Shown: positions 60,666-64,000 of the stretch, piece after piece
Numbering within the stretch: the stretch's first letter is position 1
Layout of the letters: each line of letters begins with the position of its first letter
Assembly (NCBI GenBank): GCA_963764165.1
Contig: CAVXRD010000002.1
Coordinates: 2,016,001-2,080,000, forward strand
DNA from: an uncultured Verrucomicrobiae bacterium
Lineage (GTDB): Bacteria > Verrucomicrobiota > Verrucomicrobiia > Limisphaerales > Palsa-1400
Length of the DNA: 64,000 nt
Direction: 5' to 3'
Translations under genes and position numbers: made by a program
Notes under the pieces: model-generated
The model's database searches: none
Seen by the model: only the letters and a program-made list of their open reading frames with translations
Told to the model about the DNA's origin: nothing

Positions 60666-63065
60666 TTAATTTGCGCGCAGCCGCAGAACAGTGAAAGAAT
60701 TTCCCGGGAACGAGCGCAGCAGACTTTTGCCGGTGAAGTGGATCGCCTCCGTTTTGGGCGAGACTTTCAGGGGCTCATCAATCGAATTTTCATCCAGGCC
60801 ACTGCCAGAGGTCAGCACGGTGGCTTGACCAGCCCCGGACAGATTTTGCGCCCCTGTCAAGTCAAGCGCAGTCTCCAGCGCTTCGGCGCTGGTATTGACA
60901 ACCTTTACAATGACATCGCCAGATTTTTCGTCGCGCGCGGCGCAGGCGTGGATGGCTTTGATTCCCGCCGACGATTCGTAATCCACATCGTGGATCAATT
61001 GGCCGTCGAGGTAACACTTCACACGCGTGCGCGCTATCTCGATTTTGATATCATACCAGCGGTTGGATTCTATGTGGCTCGGCTTGGAGTCGATGGCTCC
61101 GCTTCCGGCTTCAATGGCATCTTTCGTATTCCCCCACCCGCCGATATTCCACCAGATTCGGTCCTCGTCCTCCTTGATGTGGAACAAAATCAGGAAGCCC
61201 TCGCGTCCGCCTATTTTCCGCGCCTTCAGCGTCAGGGTGCAATCAGTCCAGGCCTTGTCTCCGGCCAATGCCCGCACAAATTCCTTTTCCGTGTTTTCCC
61301 GCAAAGCGCCGTCCTTAACGGACCAGTCGCCGCCCCCCAGTTTATTCCAGCCATCGGCGCTGGTGGAAAAGTCCGAAGTGAATAATGCCGTTCCATCCGG
61401 CGCGGTGACTTTGATGTCTTTGAACTCGGCCCGCGTGTTCCAGGTTCCGACGCCAATCATGCCGCTGCCTGGCGCAAGATGCAGAATCGGCGTTTCCACC
61501 TGCGCCGGCAATTCCTCATCACCGCGATTTTCGCTGAACATCTGCTGGACATAATAACTGGGCAGGCCGTACCAGCGCGAACTGTCGAAATTGATCAGGT
61601 CGGGATTCCAGGCGCGATGATTCAAGTTCACCAGCAAGGGCGCGTATGCGGCCATCACCACCACGTCGGAATTGCGTTCCATGCCGGCCATGAAGGCCGC
61701 TTCCCCAATAGCCGCGCGCAGGTTGCCCAATCCGCATTTTTCAGTGACGGCATATTCGCCGACGAAAATTTTCGGACCGGTGCGGCTGTATCGGTCATAT
61801 TGGTCCGCCCGCCGCATGAAAGCCTCCGGTGATTCGTAATAATGTTCGTCAACGATATCTGGCGAAGGCCCCTTCGGCCCCAGGCGGCCGTGCAAATCCG
61901 AGTTGGCAATGCATTGGATGTAGGGATATTGGGCGCGAATCGCATTGACCAGCAACGGCCACCGTTCCAGGTAATCCGGCCCGCCGTTTTCATTGCCAAT
62001 TTCCATGTATTTCAGGTTGAACGGCGCGGGATGCCCCGCCGCCGCCCGCATCGCGCCCCAGGTGGAATTCGTGGGGCCGTTGGCATATTCCACCACGTCC
62101 AAGGCGTCCTGCACCCATTGCGACATGCGATCCAGCGGCACGGTTTCTTTATGCGACATGCCGACATTGATGCAGAATAACGGCTCGGCGCCGAGGTCCT
62201 CGGACAATTGCAAATATTCGTGAAGTCCCATTCCCTGGGTGGCGTTGTAACCCCAGATGTTCCAAAGCGGCGCTCGCACATCGATGTTCCCAACGGTATT
62301 CTTCCAGTGGTTCATATGCGCAAAATCATCTCCCTCCACCCAGCAGCCGCCGGGAAAACGCATGAATTTCGGATGCAGTCCGTCAAGCGACTTCGCCAAA
62401 TCCACCCGCAGGCCATGATCCTTCCACGTTTTCTCCGGCATCAACGACACCATGTCGAGAAACAGGGTGCCTTTGCCTTCACCGGAAACTTCCAATTTGC
62501 CGCGCGGGTCGCTGGCTTTCGGAGTCAAGCGCAGGGTGTGATAATTCCAGCGGTTGCCGATTCCCGAAATTTCGCCACTGGCCAGCGCTTCACCGGCACT
62601 GCTCAATAATTTCACCGTCAGCTTCCCCTCGAATCGGTCACCGCGCGCGGCCACTTTGAATGCATAGCCGTCACCTTCGACGAAATTCATTCCCCAGAAA
62701 CCTTCATTTTGGAGCGTGAAAGCCCCGTCCGTCTTCACACGAAGTGAGTTGCGGTTAAACGGATTCAACGGCGTCGGCTGTCCATGCACGTCGGCCGTGC
62801 TGATCGCGGCTTCGTTGGTGCCGCTGGCGCTGGCGAACTTCCAGTTTTCCGACGTGCTGCCATCCTCAAATGAGCGGTTGCGAACCATCTCGGGATAAAT
62901 GCCGCCGTCGGTGGACATATTGATGTCCTCGAAGAAAATGCCCCACAACGTCGGCGAAATTGGGTGGGAAGGCTGCGCCACGTCGACAGTGATTCTCGCT
63001 GGTTGGGCGTTGATTGAAATTGCCGATGCCAGAACCGCCGCCGCCAAATAGGTTCTCAGGTTCAT
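60666..63065 (-). CDS. GH51 alpha-L-arabinofuranosidase
   Basis: GIFFEDIN, RFPGGC, EIGNEN, DEHYY, FVGEYA. Start MNLRTYL at 63065. Confidence 0.93.
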   Translation of the reverse strand: MNLRTYLAAAVLASAISINAQPARITVDVAQPSHPISPTLWGIFFEDINMSTDGGIYPEMVRNRSFEDGSTSENWKFASASGTNEAAISTADVHGQPTPLNPFNRNSLRVKTDGAFTLQNEGFWGMNFVEGDGYAFKVAARGDRFEGKLTVKLLSSAGEALASGEISGIGNRWNYHTLRLTPKASDPRGKLEVSGEGKGTLFLDMVSLMPEKTWKDHGLRVDLAKSLDGLHPKFMRFPGGCWVEGDDFAHMNHWKNTVGNIDVRAPLWNIWGYNATQGMGLHEYLQLSEDLGAEPLFCINVGMSHKETVPLDRMSQWVQDALDVVEYANGPTNSTWGAMRAAAGHPAPFNLKYMEIGNENGGPDYLERWPLLVNAIRAQYPYIQCIANSDLHGRLGPKGPSPDIVDEHYYESPEAFMRRADQYDRYSRTGPKIFVGEYAVTEKCGLGNLRAAIGEAAFMAGMERNSDVVVMAAYAPLLVNLNHRAWNPDLINFDSSRWYGLPSYYVQQMFSENRGDEELPAQVETPILHLAPGSGMIGVGTWNTRAEFKDIKVTAPDGTALFTSDFSTSADGWNKLGGGDWSVKDGALRENTEKEFVRALAGDKAWTDCTLTLKARKIGGREGFLILFHIKEDEDRIWWNIGGWGNTKDAIEAGSGAIDSKPSHIESNRWYDIKIEIARTRVKCYLDGQLIHDVDYESSAGIKAIHACAARDEKSGDVIVKVVNTSAEALETALDLTGAQNLSGAGQATVLTSGSGLDENSIDEPLKVSPKTEAIHFTGKSLLRSFPGNSFTVLRLRAN

Positions 63066-63083
63066 GGGGTATGATCTATTGAA

Positions 63084-63231
63084 AATCAACGAGCGCCAAG
63101 CTCGTTGATTGGTAGGGACGCCTCGCCGAGGCGTCCGGGGTGAGGCATTATTCACGCAAAACGCCAGAAGTATTTTCACGCGCAACCGGACGCCACGGGC
63201 CGAAGTTCGGCTTCCCAAAGGCGTCCCTACC
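63084..63231. repeat. Hairpin plus inverted GTAG-type REP pair
   Basis: AATCAACGAGC/GCTCGTTGATT stem, then GGTAGGGACGCCTCGCCGAGGCGTCC ... GGCGTCCCTACC. Confidence 0.7.
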
Positions 63232-63286
63232 TCGGAATTAAGAGGCGTCTGCCCTGATAGGTTTCTTGGTGACAGTTCTTTTTGCA

Positions 63287-64000
63287 TTAGCCAACCCAGC
63301 CGCTTTTCAATCCGTAAGCGCATTCGTTCCAAGTCAATTCCTGTTTGAACTGGCGCAGCTTGGTGTCGGCATCAATCACCAGCACTTCGAGTCCGGCGAT
63401 GGCGCCGAAATCTTCAAGCATCTCGGTGGTCACAGTCTGGCTGAAACCTGTGTGATGCGCGCCCCCGGCATATATCCACGCGCCGCACGCGACCTCAAAA
63501 CTCGGACGGCATTGCCATACCGCCCGAGCCACGGGCAGCTTCGGCATCTCATGCTCCACCGCCACGCAATCCACCTCGCTGATGAGCAGGCGGAAGCGAT
63601 TGCCGAAATCCATGAGCGCCGCATTGACCGCCGCGCCTGCGGGCGTGTTGAATACGAGCCGGGCCGGATCGGCCTTGCCGCCAATGCCCAGTGGATGCAC
63701 CTGCAACGACGCTTTGCTGTCCGCAATGGTGGGGCAAATCTCCAGCATGTGCGCTCCGAGAACGAGCTTGTTGCCCGGCTGCAGATGGTAAGTGTAATCC
63801 TCCATGAACGAAGTGCCGCCTTTAAGGCCGCTAGCCATGACCTTCATCGCGCGAACCAGCGCGGCGGTCTTCCAATCGCCTTCGCCCGCAAAACCAAATC
63901 CAGCCGCCATCATGCGCTGCGCGCCGACACCCGGCAATTGGGCCAGGCCATGCAAATCTTCGAACGTGTCGGTGAAACCCTTGAAGCCGCCATCAATAAG
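63287..64000 (-). CDS. araA: L-arabinose isomerase (3' part, continues beyond window)
   Basis: [33 protein letters not shown]. Confidence 0.95.
   Translation of the reverse strand, partial: LIDGGFKGFTDTFEDLHGLAQLPGVGAQRMMAAGFGFAGEGDWKTAALVRAMKVMASGLKGGTSFMEDYTYHLQPGNKLVLGAHMLEICPTIADSKASLQVHPLGIGGKADPARLVFNTPAGAAVNAALMDFGNRFRLLISEVDCVAVEHEMPKLPVARAVWQCRPSFEVACGAWIYAGGAHHTGFSQTVTTEMLEDFGAIAGLEVLVIDADTKLRQFKQELTWNECAYGLKSGWVG

Noticed and set aside
63066..63332. N-terminal extension of the GH51 ORF
   Set aside because: It reads through REP palindromes; the signal peptide begins at 63065.

Overview
This GC-rich bacterial window most resembles a Verrucomicrobiota (Pedosphaera/Limisphaerales-like) genome; that is inferred from the gene families and repeat styles. 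Housekeeping and metabolic genes are cobA-hemD, a phosphohexomutase, an M16 peptidase, a DEAD-box helicase, a CheB-CheR-PAS kinase with its response regulator, an Rrf2/SDR pair, and an arabinose locus (araA, GH51, GH127, araD). Much accessory material lies between them. There is a tandem array of at least 4 unknown membrane-anchored paralogs and several very large secreted modular proteins. Three of these (LRR, GloVer-repeat and GDSL passengers) share a ~320-aa C-terminal domain I do not recognise; two others share a different ~65-aa C-terminal tail. Both are candidate export or anchoring modules. A 3-gene DUF350-like / glutathionylspermidine-synthase-like cassette is bracketed by a ~140-bp duplication of the 3' end of the peptidase gene. 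Also present: three toxin-antitoxin-like loci, a half tRNA-Leu att-like scar beside AT-richer genes, a MITE, REP-like palindromes, and several single-base gene lesions. No CRISPR array, rRNA, intact tRNA, integrase or transposase was seen. All assignments come from reading motifs by eye; no database searches were run.
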